From the NCBI GenBank assembly GCA_030019025.1, contig JASEFR010000010.1, positions 1 through 56,067 on the forward strand: a stretch of DNA of 56,067 bases. Direction: 5' to 3'. The stretch comes from a bacterium. Lineage in GTDB: Bacteria; Hydrothermota; Hydrothermia; UBA1063. The notes under the pieces are model-generated. The model was given only the letters and a program-made list of their open reading frames with translations. It had not been told where the DNA came from and did not search any database. The position numbers and the translations under genes are program-made. Positions 19,301 through 27,958 of the stretch are shown here, in pieces. Position 1 is the first letter of the stretch. Each line of letters starts with the position of its first letter.

Positions 19301-19474
19301 ATCTCTCAAGGTTACAGGTATCTTCTCCTCTATTGCCGAAGCCAGTGCGTAAACTTTTGCTCTTTCTACATTGGAATAGTCCGCCATTTCTTCCTTAATT
19401 ATTGAAGGATTTTCAAAGATAAGTTCGCCATGAGCCTTATAAAGCTCAAGGAGAATGTCAAAATAAAAATCCAT
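16328..19474 (-). CDS. Large right-handed parallel beta-helix (PbH1) repeat protein with no signal peptide
   Basis: I start at Met42 of the track ORF (ATG 19474), which is preceded by GGGAGG. This gives 1048 aa. About ten tandem modules of about 70 aa carry the recurring motif NG.(E/D)....(P/A)Q(I/L/V)...SS...(L/I).N..(I/V). Confidence 0.75.
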   Translation of the reverse strand: MDFYFDILLELYKAHGELIFENPSIIKEEMADYSNVERAKVYALASAIEEKIPVTLRDSGSLSEEDLTLIGKGFAEGTGIKEELAVWAVFTLNKLIRNVEEDPALRRLKRKARNVESPRVEIKEGLAKATVIKGGVANTFNYDGSLPFADFLETHLEEADELAVEISGDVEIERPITVQNKKMVLSGMEKAILYSEILPAFELIKSEFIVENLAFKHTKEPERTIGLIYATDSSVELNKVELHGSGLKVQSSKVFISKSKLIDCKYIGIHAENSEIKVQHSDFQENGIDIFSPQMRFKGCKVLLKNCKVDKGNGAGIWADASELNLEKVVISGNYYYGIFMDGGGSLQMNNSRLVENGNSEDNYPQLKLVSSKASLKNCRIFNGINNSGISIEDKSLLECEELKVTGHYYNGIEAKDDSELLIRNGEIARNGNEDEDNPQLVFVSSKGYLKNVKVHGGIYNSGFLLDEGSRVEIVGSHIYRHFFNAITLKSGSEVLIADCEIHQNGNEHFHAPQIWSSSATLKMENSSIFDGIKNDGIYARNSNLIFENVAVYNHFRRALFVEANSNVTIKNSRIYSNNKGIDGEGQIEVKSSLLKLHDSEVDSSYNAAGIYATDISVVDISKSRISNNYSQGIWFSSNTTFNVSDCHISENLGKDGMFPQVLITSSRGKFERTTITNGSGVSGMVIERSFVQIVECNVTKNENFGLYVLSNSIADLTACEISSNGQENKDFAQIKVENSKLILKSSKVVSGVNNTGISIMESSYAEMENTIVSQNPRHGIEVYYNSELRFMSGEVSNNGSENENSAQVWVGSSYAIIRDSIIHDGKGNMGIGVLKSYVELENCKIFGHRDEGISLAWYSGIKIKECQIYSNAMDSNVAQLSVISSNCITRGSEIYESVAGDGVKADDGAVVELDNTKIYKNKAYGLIVKNNSEIKMSGCEITENNEIHKHGAQIFLDNSKGVIKNSKISKGVSGGGIRLSHTHLVEIYHSVISEHKGAGIEVVDNISRLKIVGVTTFKNEKGGLVYRNPYKVSTIDSNFDDGAFRKS

Positions 19475-19585
19475 AACCAAGCCTCCCTTTATTACAAATA
19501 TTATATCGTTGAAAAATTTGTCAGTCAACAAAGGCGTTGAAAAATTGGTACTTAAGTCTAATCCCAATAAAAAGTTATCCGAAGT

Positions 19586-19614
19586 TTGATTATACAAACC
19601 CGCTAAATTACAAT
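19586..19614 (+). promoter_or_regulatory. Promoter abutting the TPR-protein start codon (leaderless geometry)
   Basis: TTGATT, 17-nt spacer, TACAAT, 7 nt, then ATG 19622. No SD is present. Confidence 0.5.
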
Positions 19615-19621
19615 CTTACCG

Positions 19622-22561
19622 ATGAAACTCGTTTTTTTACTTTTTGTAATAAGCCAAAGTGTACTTGATGTGGGTATAAAATATCTTCAGAACAAAGATT
19701 ATGATAAGGCTTACCAAATATTTCAGCAGATTCTGACTGTCTCAAAAAATACCCCTGAAGGTAACTGGGCAAGATACTATTTAAGTCTCTCTTTACTGGG
19801 ACTTGGAGACACCCTATCCTCTCTTGGAAATCTAACTACACTATGGAAGGAAAATTACGACGATTCCTTAGCCTACCTCGCCTACAAAACCTTTGCTGAA
19901 CTTTCCTCTACTCAAAATGACTCACTAAAGTGGGGTATTGAACTTGTGCAATATTTTCCTACTTTTGCAAAAAGAAAAGAATTAATTGAAAACATTTTAC
20001 AATCGGACTTAGACAATTCGACGAGGATACTCTTAAAAAGAATTCTCGCCTCAGATTACAAAAACCAAAAATATTTGTACGATCTTGGAAATGAACTCCT
20101 TTCACAAGAACCCGGAAAAGCCCTCATTATCTCAGAACGCGAGGGTTTTTCCTTTTTGAAAATAAAAGCCTTTATAAACTCAAACAAATACTTCCTTGCA
20201 TACTTAAGTTTACTTAGAAACAACCCCCAGAAAAAAATTCCTGAAGAAGCAATTACTCTTCTTAGAAAGACTGGAAATTCAGCAAGACTCATTGGTATTT
20301 TGTATCCATTGGACTCAGAAAACGAGAAAACATCGTTCGAATTCGCACTAATACTTGATAAAGCTGGATTAAGTACTTCAAAATTTAGAAAACATCTAAA
20401 AAATCCTCTGTATACCGCATATTTCAATCAGAAAAGCCTTACCTTAGCAGACCTCCAGAAGCTGGAAAGTTTAGAAAACTCAAACCTTAGAAACTACATC
20501 CTTGCTAAGGGTTATTTAAAAGAAGGATACTTAGTGAAGTCCCTTCAATTAGCCCTTTCTCTGCCAGATTCATTTGAATACAACCGCTTTAAAATAGAGC
20601 TCATCGACACCTTCATCTCGAGAGGAATTTTCACAAAGGAAGTGTTAGAATTGCTTAAGCAGATCGAATTCTACTATCCACTCACAGAAAGAGACGAGAG
20701 AATATTAATCGTATCTAAGGCTTTGAAACTGGAAGTTAAAGATATTTTAGAAAGAATCGAAACCAATGATGTCAAAATAAATCACAAAATACCTTTTAAC
20801 ACCATTGAGACAGCCTACACTGATACTGAACTGATTAAGATCCTTTACGACAATTTTGATTTTGATGGCGTGATACGGTTTTCCAGTGGAAAACCGCTAC
20901 CAAGCAACATGAAGTATTACATTGCAAGCGCCCTAATCGAAAAAGGATACTACCATGAAGCTATTAGCTTATTGGAAGGCGAAAGCAACAACTACCCCAC
21001 CCTTTTTCTGAAGGCAGCATCAAAACTTAACGACCCAACGCCCTATTTAAACAGCATCCCCAAAAATCTCTCCAACAAAGACGCTTACTATCTTTTCATT
21101 ATAGCCCTAAAAACCCAAAACAGGTCATTACTGGCTGATTACAATGCACCCTACTTTTGCTTCTATCGTGCCATTCTGAATTCCGATATCGATTCCGCCT
21201 TACAATACTTAGATCGTAACAACCATAGAATGCTACTTGAACTCACAAGACTTCTTCTTTACCAGGAGAAATTCCAAAAAATCGTTGAACTAACGCAAAA
21301 TGTAAATCCGCTTTATCCAATTGAAACCGAAATTTATAAAATAAGGCTCAAGGCGTTTTACAATCTTGGGAGATATGAAGAACTCATAAAAGAATATGAA
21401 CAATATAGCGATCTTATTAATGACGAAGAACTTTCAACTCTGGCTGCGCTTTCTGCTCTAAAACTGAATCAAACCGACTTAGCCTTCGTTTTTGCACTAC
21501 GTTCCGATCGGGAAGAAAATAAAAAAATATTATCGCAAATCTTTTTAAACCATGGATTAGTAGAGGAGACGGATGCGAGGTATCTCGAAGGTAAAGATCT
21601 TCTTTGCTACTACTATATAAAGAAAAATGAAAGAGGACTTTTAGATTTTATGCCAAAAAACACAGAGGAGGCCTGGTTGAAGTTAAAATATTTGGCACAA
21701 CTTTCCGGAAAAATCTCTTTAGATTCCATATTCCAGGTATATTCTGCTTCTTACAACTTCACAGAAAATGATTGGATAATCCTCAAGAGTTACTCGCTAC
21801 TCGCAAAAAATGAGATTGACAGTCTTATCCAGGTTATCAATAACAGCAATCTTCAAGATCCTGAACTTCTGTATTTAACCGGAGTCAAACTCATTCAGAC
21901 AGGGAAAGTTGATGACGCCGCTAATTTATTTAAATCCGCCATCGACCTGGCTGAAGACTCACTCAAACACGAAATTTACTTCCGCCTTGGAAATATAGAA
22001 GCGACAAAGGGAAACTTTAATTCCGCACTGTTCTTCTATACAAAAGCTCTGAATTTAGGGACCAAATTCAAGAAGGAAATTTACTACAATTTGTCAATTT
22101 CTTTCAAAAACACGGGACAGGTTGACTCTGCTTTGGTTTATCTTGAAAAACTAATTAATGAATTCCCTAACGATGAAATAAGTGTTGAGGCTTCAATAAA
22201 TCTTGGATTTCAGCTGGTAGAGAGGCAGATTGATCCGGAGAAAGCGATCTATGTTCTCGGAAAAATAATTGGTATTGGAACAAAGGTGCAGGATTGCGAA
22301 GCCCTTTACTGGCTCTCAAGAGCCTATATGCTCACTCAGGACCTCAAAATGGCCCTGGCTACCCTAAAAAGAATTTACACCTACTATAAAGAATTTCCCG
22401 ACTGGCGTGATACTGCTAAACTGGATGCAGCGAAAATACTCGTCTACTTTAACTATAGGGAAACAGCTAAAAATCTATACCACGAAATAATAAAGTCCCG
22501 TGGGCAAAACGACCCTCTATCTCAGGAAGCATTGAACCAAATAGAATTTTTTAAACTTTAA
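19622..22561 (+). CDS. Large secreted tetratricopeptide-repeat protein
   Basis: 979 aa with a signal-like N-terminus and many TPR-like A/Y/L-patterned helical pairs. Confidence 0.7.
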   Translation: MKLVFLLFVISQSVLDVGIKYLQNKDYDKAYQIFQQILTVSKNTPEGNWARYYLSLSLLGLGDTLSSLGNLTTLWKENYDDSLAYLAYKTFAELSSTQNDSLKWGIELVQYFPTFAKRKELIENILQSDLDNSTRILLKRILASDYKNQKYLYDLGNELLSQEPGKALIISEREGFSFLKIKAFINSNKYFLAYLSLLRNNPQKKIPEEAITLLRKTGNSARLIGILYPLDSENEKTSFEFALILDKAGLSTSKFRKHLKNPLYTAYFNQKSLTLADLQKLESLENSNLRNYILAKGYLKEGYLVKSLQLALSLPDSFEYNRFKIELIDTFISRGIFTKEVLELLKQIEFYYPLTERDERILIVSKALKLEVKDILERIETNDVKINHKIPFNTIETAYTDTELIKILYDNFDFDGVIRFSSGKPLPSNMKYYIASALIEKGYYHEAISLLEGESNNYPTLFLKAASKLNDPTPYLNSIPKNLSNKDAYYLFIIALKTQNRSLLADYNAPYFCFYRAILNSDIDSALQYLDRNNHRMLLELTRLLLYQEKFQKIVELTQNVNPLYPIETEIYKIRLKAFYNLGRYEELIKEYEQYSDLINDEELSTLAALSALKLNQTDLAFVFALRSDREENKKILSQIFLNHGLVEETDARYLEGKDLLCYYYIKKNERGLLDFMPKNTEEAWLKLKYLAQLSGKISLDSIFQVYSASYNFTENDWIILKSYSLLAKNEIDSLIQVINNSNLQDPELLYLTGVKLIQTGKVDDAANLFKSAIDLAEDSLKHEIYFRLGNIEATKGNFNSALFFYTKALNLGTKFKKEIYYNLSISFKNTGQVDSALVYLEKLINEFPNDEISVEASINLGFQLVERQIDPEKAIYVLGKIIGIGTKVQDCEALYWLSRAYMLTQDLKMALATLKRIYTYYKEFPDWRDTAKLDAAKILVYFNYRETAKNLYHEIIKSRGQNDPLSQEALNQIEFFKL

Positions 22562-22806
22562 AGCTTCTCTTCTTGCACTCTGAAGGGGGTTTTGGGAAAG
22601 GTGTAGTTACAGAAAGCACATTTATAGGGTGGTTTAACCGAGGGATAGGAAAATTTTCTACCGCAAGATGGGCATTGGATCTCGATAAAGTTGCCCAAGG
22701 CCTCAGGAATTCTTTTCATTGAGGAACGACACATTGGACAGAAGAGGGGATCTTCCTCTGCAACTATTACATATCCACAGGACTTGCACTCAAAAAAACT
22801 ACTCAT
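22558..22806 (-). CDS. Double zinc-ribbon protein
   Basis: 82 aa with four CxxC pairs: CKSC..CPMC and CPSC..CAFC. Confidence 0.55.
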   Translation of the reverse strand: MSSFFECKSCGYVIVAEEDPLFCPMCRSSMKRIPEALGNFIEIQCPSCGRKFSYPSVKPPYKCAFCNYTFPKTPFRVQEEKL

Positions 22807-23203
22807 CTCCGAAAAAGCACTTCACTTCGTGCTCAAAGGATTCAGGTGAATCGGAAGCATGAACAGCATTCACTCTTACATTAGTTCCATACTTGTGTCT
22901 AATAGTGCCAGGTTCGGCCTTTGAAGGATCTGTCGCCCCTACAAGTTTTCTTAGGTCTTCGATCGCGTTTTCCTTTTCCAATAGCAAACCAATTACCGGC
23001 CCCGAAATCATAAATTCTACGAGACCCTCAAAAAACTCTTTGCCCCTGTGAACAGCATAAAACTTTTCCGCCTCTTCCCGTGTCCACCTTTTCATGCGAA
23101 TATCTAAAATATTAAAACCCGCCTCTTCCACCATAGAGATTATTTTTCCAACCACCCTTTTTTGTAAAGCATCAGGCTTAAGAAGTAAAAAAGTCCTATT
23201 CAA
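22799..23203 (-). CDS. ndk: Nucleoside-diphosphate kinase
   Basis: 134 aa containing NAVHASDS with the catalytic His. Confidence 0.95.
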   Translation of the reverse strand: MNRTFLLLKPDALQKRVVGKIISMVEEAGFNILDIRMKRWTREEAEKFYAVHRGKEFFEGLVEFMISGPVIGLLLEKENAIEDLRKLVGATDPSKAEPGTIRHKYGTNVRVNAVHASDSPESFEHEVKCFFGDE

Positions 23204-23732
23204 GAGAATATCCCTCCATCAAGGCTTTTTTGTTGAGATCATGATATTTTTTAACTCTTCTATCCACCGCCCTGTAGAGTGAATCAAGCCTTACAAGATC
23301 AAATTTCTTTGCTAAAAAGCCCAGGACAAACATATTTAAAACGAGAGGAGTTCCTATCCTGTCCTTCACAACTTCAGTAAAAGGATAAGCAATAACCTCA
23401 ATCCCATCCACCTTTGATAAACTCTTGACGTTAAAGGTGTCTACAATCACAGTTCCGCCTGGCTTTACAAGCCTTACAAATTTGGTGTAAGCATCCTGGC
23501 TAAGAGTGACAAGAACATCCGGGTGTTGAACCTTAGGATAAGAGATTGGTCTTCTCGAGATAATTACATCCGACCGAGATGTACCCAGTCTTGCCTCCGG
23601 ACCATACTCAACCGTCTGGACAATTTCCAAATTTTCTTCAATTCCCGCCGCATCGGCGAGCACAAGACCCGCAAGAATAAGTCCCTGGCCACCGGAACCT
23701 GCCAGGGTTATTTCGATCTTATCTCTGTCCAT
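23196..23732 (-). CDS. 2-oxoacid:ferredoxin oxidoreductase, gamma subunit
   Basis: 178 aa with the motif LAGSGGQGLILAG typical of POR/KOR gamma subunits. Confidence 0.85.
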   Translation of the reverse strand: MDRDKIEITLAGSGGQGLILAGLVLADAAGIEENLEIVQTVEYGPEARLGTSRSDVIISRRPISYPKVQHPDVLVTLSQDAYTKFVRLVKPGGTVIVDTFNVKSLSKVDGIEVIAYPFTEVVKDRIGTPLVLNMFVLGFLAKKFDLVRLDSLYRAVDRRVKKYHDLNKKALMEGYSLE

Positions 23733-24718
23733 TTTTCCCTCAATAGTTTTAAATAACTTTTATTTTTGTTCTCTGCAATAATTCCTATCGGAATAAAAGC
23801 CCCTTCTTTCGGCGCTGTCCCAACCATATAGGTGATCTTCTTGTACCAGTCAAGGGTCCTATACGCATCTGCCTCCAGGTTCAATCTACCATAATAAGTC
23901 GGACAGGGACTCAATACCTCTACGAGTGAAAATCCCTCAATATTCATTGCCTTTTCAATAAGTTTTTCAAGGAGAGGTATGTGGTAAACCGTTGCACGAG
24001 CCACGAAGTTTGCACCAGCCGCTTTGGCAACCTCACACCCGTCAAAGGAAGGCTCCATGTTCCCGTAAGGGGTCGTTGTAGTGTAGGCATTAAGGGGCGT
24101 TGTAGGTGAGGCCTGTCCACCTGTCATACCATAATTGTAGTTATTCACCACAATGGCAAGCAAATCAATGTTTCGCTTGGCCGCGTGAACAAAGTGGTTC
24201 CCTCCAATTGCATAAGCATCTCCATCACCCATCACCACGATAACTTTTAGTTCCGGCTTAGCAAGTTTCAAACCGGTGGCGAAGGCAAGCGCTCTTCCAT
24301 GGGTAGTATGGAGAGTATTGAAGTCTGCATATCCTGGCATCCTTCCCGTACAACCAATCCCGGAGATCATTGAAACCTTATTCTTATCAAGGCCCAACTT
24401 GTTAATCACCTTCAAAAGGGCTTGAAAAACCATTCCTATACCACAGCCAGGACACCAGACGGAGGGCATGTGACTCACCCTCAAATAATCGGTCAAAGGA
24501 TGAATCTCACTTTTAACATCCCGATCAGTAACCCAGATGGCAAAGTCAGGACAATGATTTTCGCACTGTTTGCAATTTATACAAGCATCTTCATCAACCA
24601 CAATAGGAAATCCTGCAGAATCAAAGTCAAGCACATCTTTGGGGCATATATTAACGCATATGCCACACCTCTTACAATAACTTTTATTTATATGGACGGA
24701 ATATAATTTCTTTTCCAT
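23708..24718 (-). CDS. 2-oxoacid:ferredoxin oxidoreductase, fused delta (2x[4Fe-4S]) and beta (TPP-binding) subunit
   Basis: I start at Met15 (ATG 24718); the track's TTG start at 24760 is better read as a -35 box. Ferredoxin motifs are CKRCGICVNICP and CINCKQCENHCP. The TPP motif region reads GCTGR...GDGD...NN. Confidence 0.85.
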   Translation of the reverse strand: MEKKLYSVHINKSYCKRCGICVNICPKDVLDFDSAGFPIVVDEDACINCKQCENHCPDFAIWVTDRDVKSEIHPLTDYLRVSHMPSVWCPGCGIGMVFQALLKVINKLGLDKNKVSMISGIGCTGRMPGYADFNTLHTTHGRALAFATGLKLAKPELKVIVVMGDGDAYAIGGNHFVHAAKRNIDLLAIVVNNYNYGMTGGQASPTTPLNAYTTTTPYGNMEPSFDGCEVAKAAGANFVARATVYHIPLLEKLIEKAMNIEGFSLVEVLSPCPTYYGRLNLEADAYRTLDWYKKITYMVGTAPKEGAFIPIGIIAENKNKSYLKLLREKWTEIRSK

Positions 24719-24753
24719 AAGCCTGTTAATAAGGATAAAACCGCCCTTATGGC

Positions 24754-24782
24754 TTGTCAAGGAACGAAGCTGGATTTATAAT
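24754..24782 (+). promoter_or_regulatory. Promoter abutting the moxR start codon (leaderless geometry)
   Basis: TTGTCA, 17-nt spacer, TATAAT, 6 nt, then ATG 24789. Its -35 overlaps, as the palindrome TTGTCAA, a TTGACA on the opposite strand. That hexamer sits 17 nt from TATCCT and faces the oxidoreductase genes. Confidence 0.5.
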
Positions 24783-24788
24783 TTTATC

Positions 24789-25757
24789 ATGAACGAAGAC
24801 AAAGTTACAGAATTAAGTAAGGATCTGTACCAGCGAATTCTCAGTGAGTTTTCTAAAAGAATCGTTGGTCAAAAAGAAGTTATTGAACAGATTCTTATTG
24901 CCCTCTTTTCTCAGGGACATGTAGTTGTACTTGGCCTTCCAGGTCTTGCAAAGACTCTAATTGTAAAAACCCTTGCCGAGCTTTTGGATATACAGTTTTC
25001 CAGAATCCAGTTCACTCCAGATCTTATGCCATCGGATATAACCGGAAGTGAAATATTGGAAGAAGATCCCAGCACAGGTAAAAAATACTTTAAATTTGTT
25101 AAAGGCCCCATTTTTGCTAATATCATCTTGGCTGACGAGATTAATAGAACCCCTCCAAAGACCCAGTCAGCACTCCTTGAAGCCATGCAAGAGTTAAAAA
25201 TAACAGTTTCAGGAAAAACCTATTTTCTTGAAAAACCTTTCTTTGTCGTTGCTACACAGAACCCCATAGAGCAAGAAGGTACTTACCCACTCCCTGAAGC
25301 ACTTCTTGACAGATTCATGATGGAAGTGAAAATCACCTATCCTTCACGAAAGGAGGAGATTGAAATTGTCAAGGAAACCACAGGACCTGAAGAAATAACA
25401 ATAAATAAAGTTATATCACGCAATGAAATCTTAGAGATCCAGAAGCTTATAAGGGAAATTCCCGCTCCCGACCATGTTGTCGAATACGCAGTAGATTTGG
25501 TCAGAAAGACAAGACCCTCAGAAAAAGAAGCTCCTGATATTGTAAAGGAGTATGTCCTCTACGGAGCGAGTCCTCGTGCTTCCCAATCTTTGATACTCGG
25601 AAGCAAAGCGAGGGCCTTTCTGAGGGGAACAATAATACCAACCACTCAAGATGTAAAGAACCTTGCTTTACCTGTTTTAAGGCACAGAATAATCCGCTCT
25701 TTTAAGGCCGAAGTTGACAATGTGGGCGTGGAAGACATTATAAAATCGCTACTATGA
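24789..25757 (+). CDS. MoxR-family AAA+ ATPase
   Basis: 322 aa with Walker A GLPGLAKT and Walker B ILADEINR. Confidence 0.9.
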   Translation: MNEDKVTELSKDLYQRILSEFSKRIVGQKEVIEQILIALFSQGHVVVLGLPGLAKTLIVKTLAELLDIQFSRIQFTPDLMPSDITGSEILEEDPSTGKKYFKFVKGPIFANIILADEINRTPPKTQSALLEAMQELKITVSGKTYFLEKPFFVVATQNPIEQEGTYPLPEALLDRFMMEVKITYPSRKEEIEIVKETTGPEEITINKVISRNEILEIQKLIREIPAPDHVVEYAVDLVRKTRPSEKEAPDIVKEYVLYGASPRASQSLILGSKARAFLRGTIIPTTQDVKNLALPVLRHRIIRSFKAEVDNVGVEDIIKSLL

Positions 25758-26797
25758 CCATAAGAGAAATATTAGAGGAAAGAGAATACCAGATTCTCCA
25801 TCCTAAAGCCAAAAAATCCAAGGAAAGTACAAGGGCTTACAAAGAGGCCCCATGCCCCATCAGAACAGAGTTTCAAAGAGACAGAGACAGGATAATTCAC
25901 TCTAAGGCTTTCCGCCGATTAAAACATAAAACTCAAGTCTTTATTCAACCCGAGGGTGACCATTTCCGTACACGCCTTACCCATACCCTTGAAGTCTCTC
26001 AGATTGCAAGAACGATAGCACGGGCGCTCTTTCTAAATGAAGATCTCACAGAAGCCATAAGTTTAGGACACGATCTCGGTCATACCCCTTTTGGTCATCA
26101 AGGTGAACATGCCTTAAACGAACTTATGAAAGACTTTGGTGGATTCAAACACCCCGAACAAGGGGTTAGGGTCGTTGAAATCCTTGAGAAGGAAGGCAGA
26201 GGACTAAATCTCACAGAAGAAGTTAAAGAAGGGATTGCAAAACACTCCAAGGGGTTTGGAAAAATCATCAGCATCAAATCACTGGCTTCTACCTTAGAGG
26301 GCCAGATAGTAAGGGTTTCCGACATAATCTCTTATGTGAACCACGATCTTGATGACGCAATAAGGGCAAAAATTCTAAGAACCGACGAAATTCCCGAGGA
26401 GTTTATAAAATACTTTGGAGAAACAAGCTCCAAAAGAATTAGCTTTATGGTCTCTGATGTAATAAATACAACGATAGAAAATGATTACAAATTCATATCA
26501 ATGTCCCAAGAAACGGAAAATATGCTTGAAAGGCTTAGAGATTTTTTAAGGAGCAGGGTCTACTTTTCACCCCTTGTAGTTTCGGAATCTGAGAAGGCAA
26601 AGCACATTATCGAATTTCTCTTCAATTACTACGTGAAAAACTACAAAGAAATCCCCTTTTATGAGAGCGTTAAGAGTAAGGTTAAAGACTACCCACCCCA
26701 GAAAGCAGCATGTGACTATATTTCTGGAATGACTGACCGATTTGCCCTCCTCGTCTTTGAGGAAAAATTTATTCCAAAGGCCTGGAGCATGTTTTAG
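25754..26797 (+). CDS. dGTP triphosphohydrolase-like HD-domain protein (short Dgt family)
   Basis: 347 aa containing [21 protein letters not shown]...RLTHTLEV and [10 protein letters not shown]. It overlaps moxR in an ATGA arrangement. Confidence 0.85.
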   Translation: MTIREILEEREYQILHPKAKKSKESTRAYKEAPCPIRTEFQRDRDRIIHSKAFRRLKHKTQVFIQPEGDHFRTRLTHTLEVSQIARTIARALFLNEDLTEAISLGHDLGHTPFGHQGEHALNELMKDFGGFKHPEQGVRVVEILEKEGRGLNLTEEVKEGIAKHSKGFGKIISIKSLASTLEGQIVRVSDIISYVNHDLDDAIRAKILRTDEIPEEFIKYFGETSSKRISFMVSDVINTTIENDYKFISMSQETENMLERLRDFLRSRVYFSPLVVSESEKAKHIIEFLFNYYVKNYKEIPFYESVKSKVKDYPPQKAACDYISGMTDRFALLVFEEKFIPKAWSMF

Positions 26798-26816
26798 GTA
26801 AATTTCACTTTCAGGA

Positions 26817-27692
26817 ATGAGAATTTCAAGAGAAGAGCTAAAAAAGCGTGTAGTGAAAGCCTATTCATTCCTTAAAAGCTGTACCCTTTGTCCACGAAAC
26901 TGCAGAGTCAACAGACTTAAGAACGAAATCGGCCTCTGCAGGACGGGAAGCAAAGCGATAATTTCATCCTTTGGCCTTCACTTTGGTGAAGAAAGGGTCT
27001 TAGTCGGAGGAAGAGGCTCTGGAACAGTGTTCTTCTCAGGATGTTCCCTTCGTTGCGTCTTTTGCCAAAACTATACTATTAGTCAATACGTTGAGGGTAC
27101 ATCAGTTTCAAACTCAAATCTTGCTAAAATATTTATACTCTTACAAAAACAGGGAGCAATAAACATAAATCTGGTAACCCCAACCCACGTTGTGCCTATG
27201 ATTCTTGAAGCCCTATATTTAGCTTACGATGAACTCAAAGTTCCCATCGTATATAACTCCAGCGGATACGATTCCGTAGAAACCCTCAGACTGCTTGAAG
27301 GAGTTGTGGACATCTACATGCCAGATTTCAAGTACGGTGACAACACAAAAGCCCTTAAATACTCAGGGGTGAAAAATTATTTCGATGTGGCAAAAGAGGC
27401 AATTAAAGAAATGCAAAGGCAGGTCGGTGACCTGACCATTGAAAATGGCATTGCAATTAAAGGACTTCTGGTCCGTCACCTGGTACTGCCTAAGGGACTT
27501 GCCGATTCCAAAAAGGTTCTTGATGTTATAAAGAATGAAATTTCAAGCAATGCTTATGTAAATATTATGGATCAGTATTATCCTACTTACCGCGCCTACG
27601 AATTCACTGAACTCTCAAGGAGCATAACCTCCAAAGAGTATGAGGAAGTGAGAAATTATGCACTATCTCTTGGATTAAGGCTTGCGTGTTAA
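26817..27692 (+). CDS. Radical SAM protein, PflX-like (pyruvate formate-lyase activase homolog family)
   Basis: 291 aa with CSLRCVFCQN and an N-terminal Cys cluster CTLCPRNC. Confidence 0.75.
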   Translation: MRISREELKKRVVKAYSFLKSCTLCPRNCRVNRLKNEIGLCRTGSKAIISSFGLHFGEERVLVGGRGSGTVFFSGCSLRCVFCQNYTISQYVEGTSVSNSNLAKIFILLQKQGAININLVTPTHVVPMILEALYLAYDELKVPIVYNSSGYDSVETLRLLEGVVDIYMPDFKYGDNTKALKYSGVKNYFDVAKEAIKEMQRQVGDLTIENGIAIKGLLVRHLVLPKGLADSKKVLDVIKNEISSNAYVNIMDQYYPTYRAYEFTELSRSITSKEYEEVRNYALSLGLRLAC

Positions 27693-27776
27693 GCCAACAA
27701 ACCTGGGCACTCCTAATCTACTTGGTAATTGATTATCTTAAAAGCCATCATTATAATTATAGACAGGGAGGTTGTG

Positions 27777-27956
27777 TTGAGAAAGTTTTTTGCATTCATT
27801 ATGGGAGTTGGGTTTGGGACTTTATTGATAAGCCTGATTTCTCCTGCACCAGGCAAGGAAGTAAGGAAAAAGTTTAAGATAATTCTAAAAAAGCCTAACC
27901 CACGTGAAAAAATTGCAAAAATAAAAGAGATTTATTCAAAATTTCAGGTAGATTAA
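27777..27956 (+). CDS. YtxH-like small membrane protein
   Basis: TTG start 5 nt after GGAGG; the GTG at 27774 is also possible. A TM helix is followed by SPAPGKEVRKK, typical of the YtxH family. Confidence 0.45.
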   Translation: MRKFFAFIMGVGFGTLLISLISPAPGKEVRKKFKIILKKPNPREKIAKIKEIYSKFQVD

Positions 27957-27958
27957 GG

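Noticed and set aside
16328-19597. Longer 1089-aa version of the beta-helix ORF starting at TTG 19597
   Set aside because: The extra 41 codons overlap promoter-like sequence (TATAAT on the minus strand, and the TPR gene promoter on the plus strand) and have no SD. Met42 is preceded by GGGAGG.
24719-24760. TTG start at 24760 for the oxidoreductase delta-beta gene
   Set aside because: The TTG is part of a TTGACA hexamer 17 nt upstream of TATCCT and overlaps the moxR -35, so it is more plausibly a promoter element. The start was moved to ATG 24718.
27686-27877. 63-aa ORF overlapping the end of the radical SAM gene and the YtxH-like gene
   Set aside because: It has no SD and no recognisable features, and it overlaps a better-supported small membrane protein in another frame.
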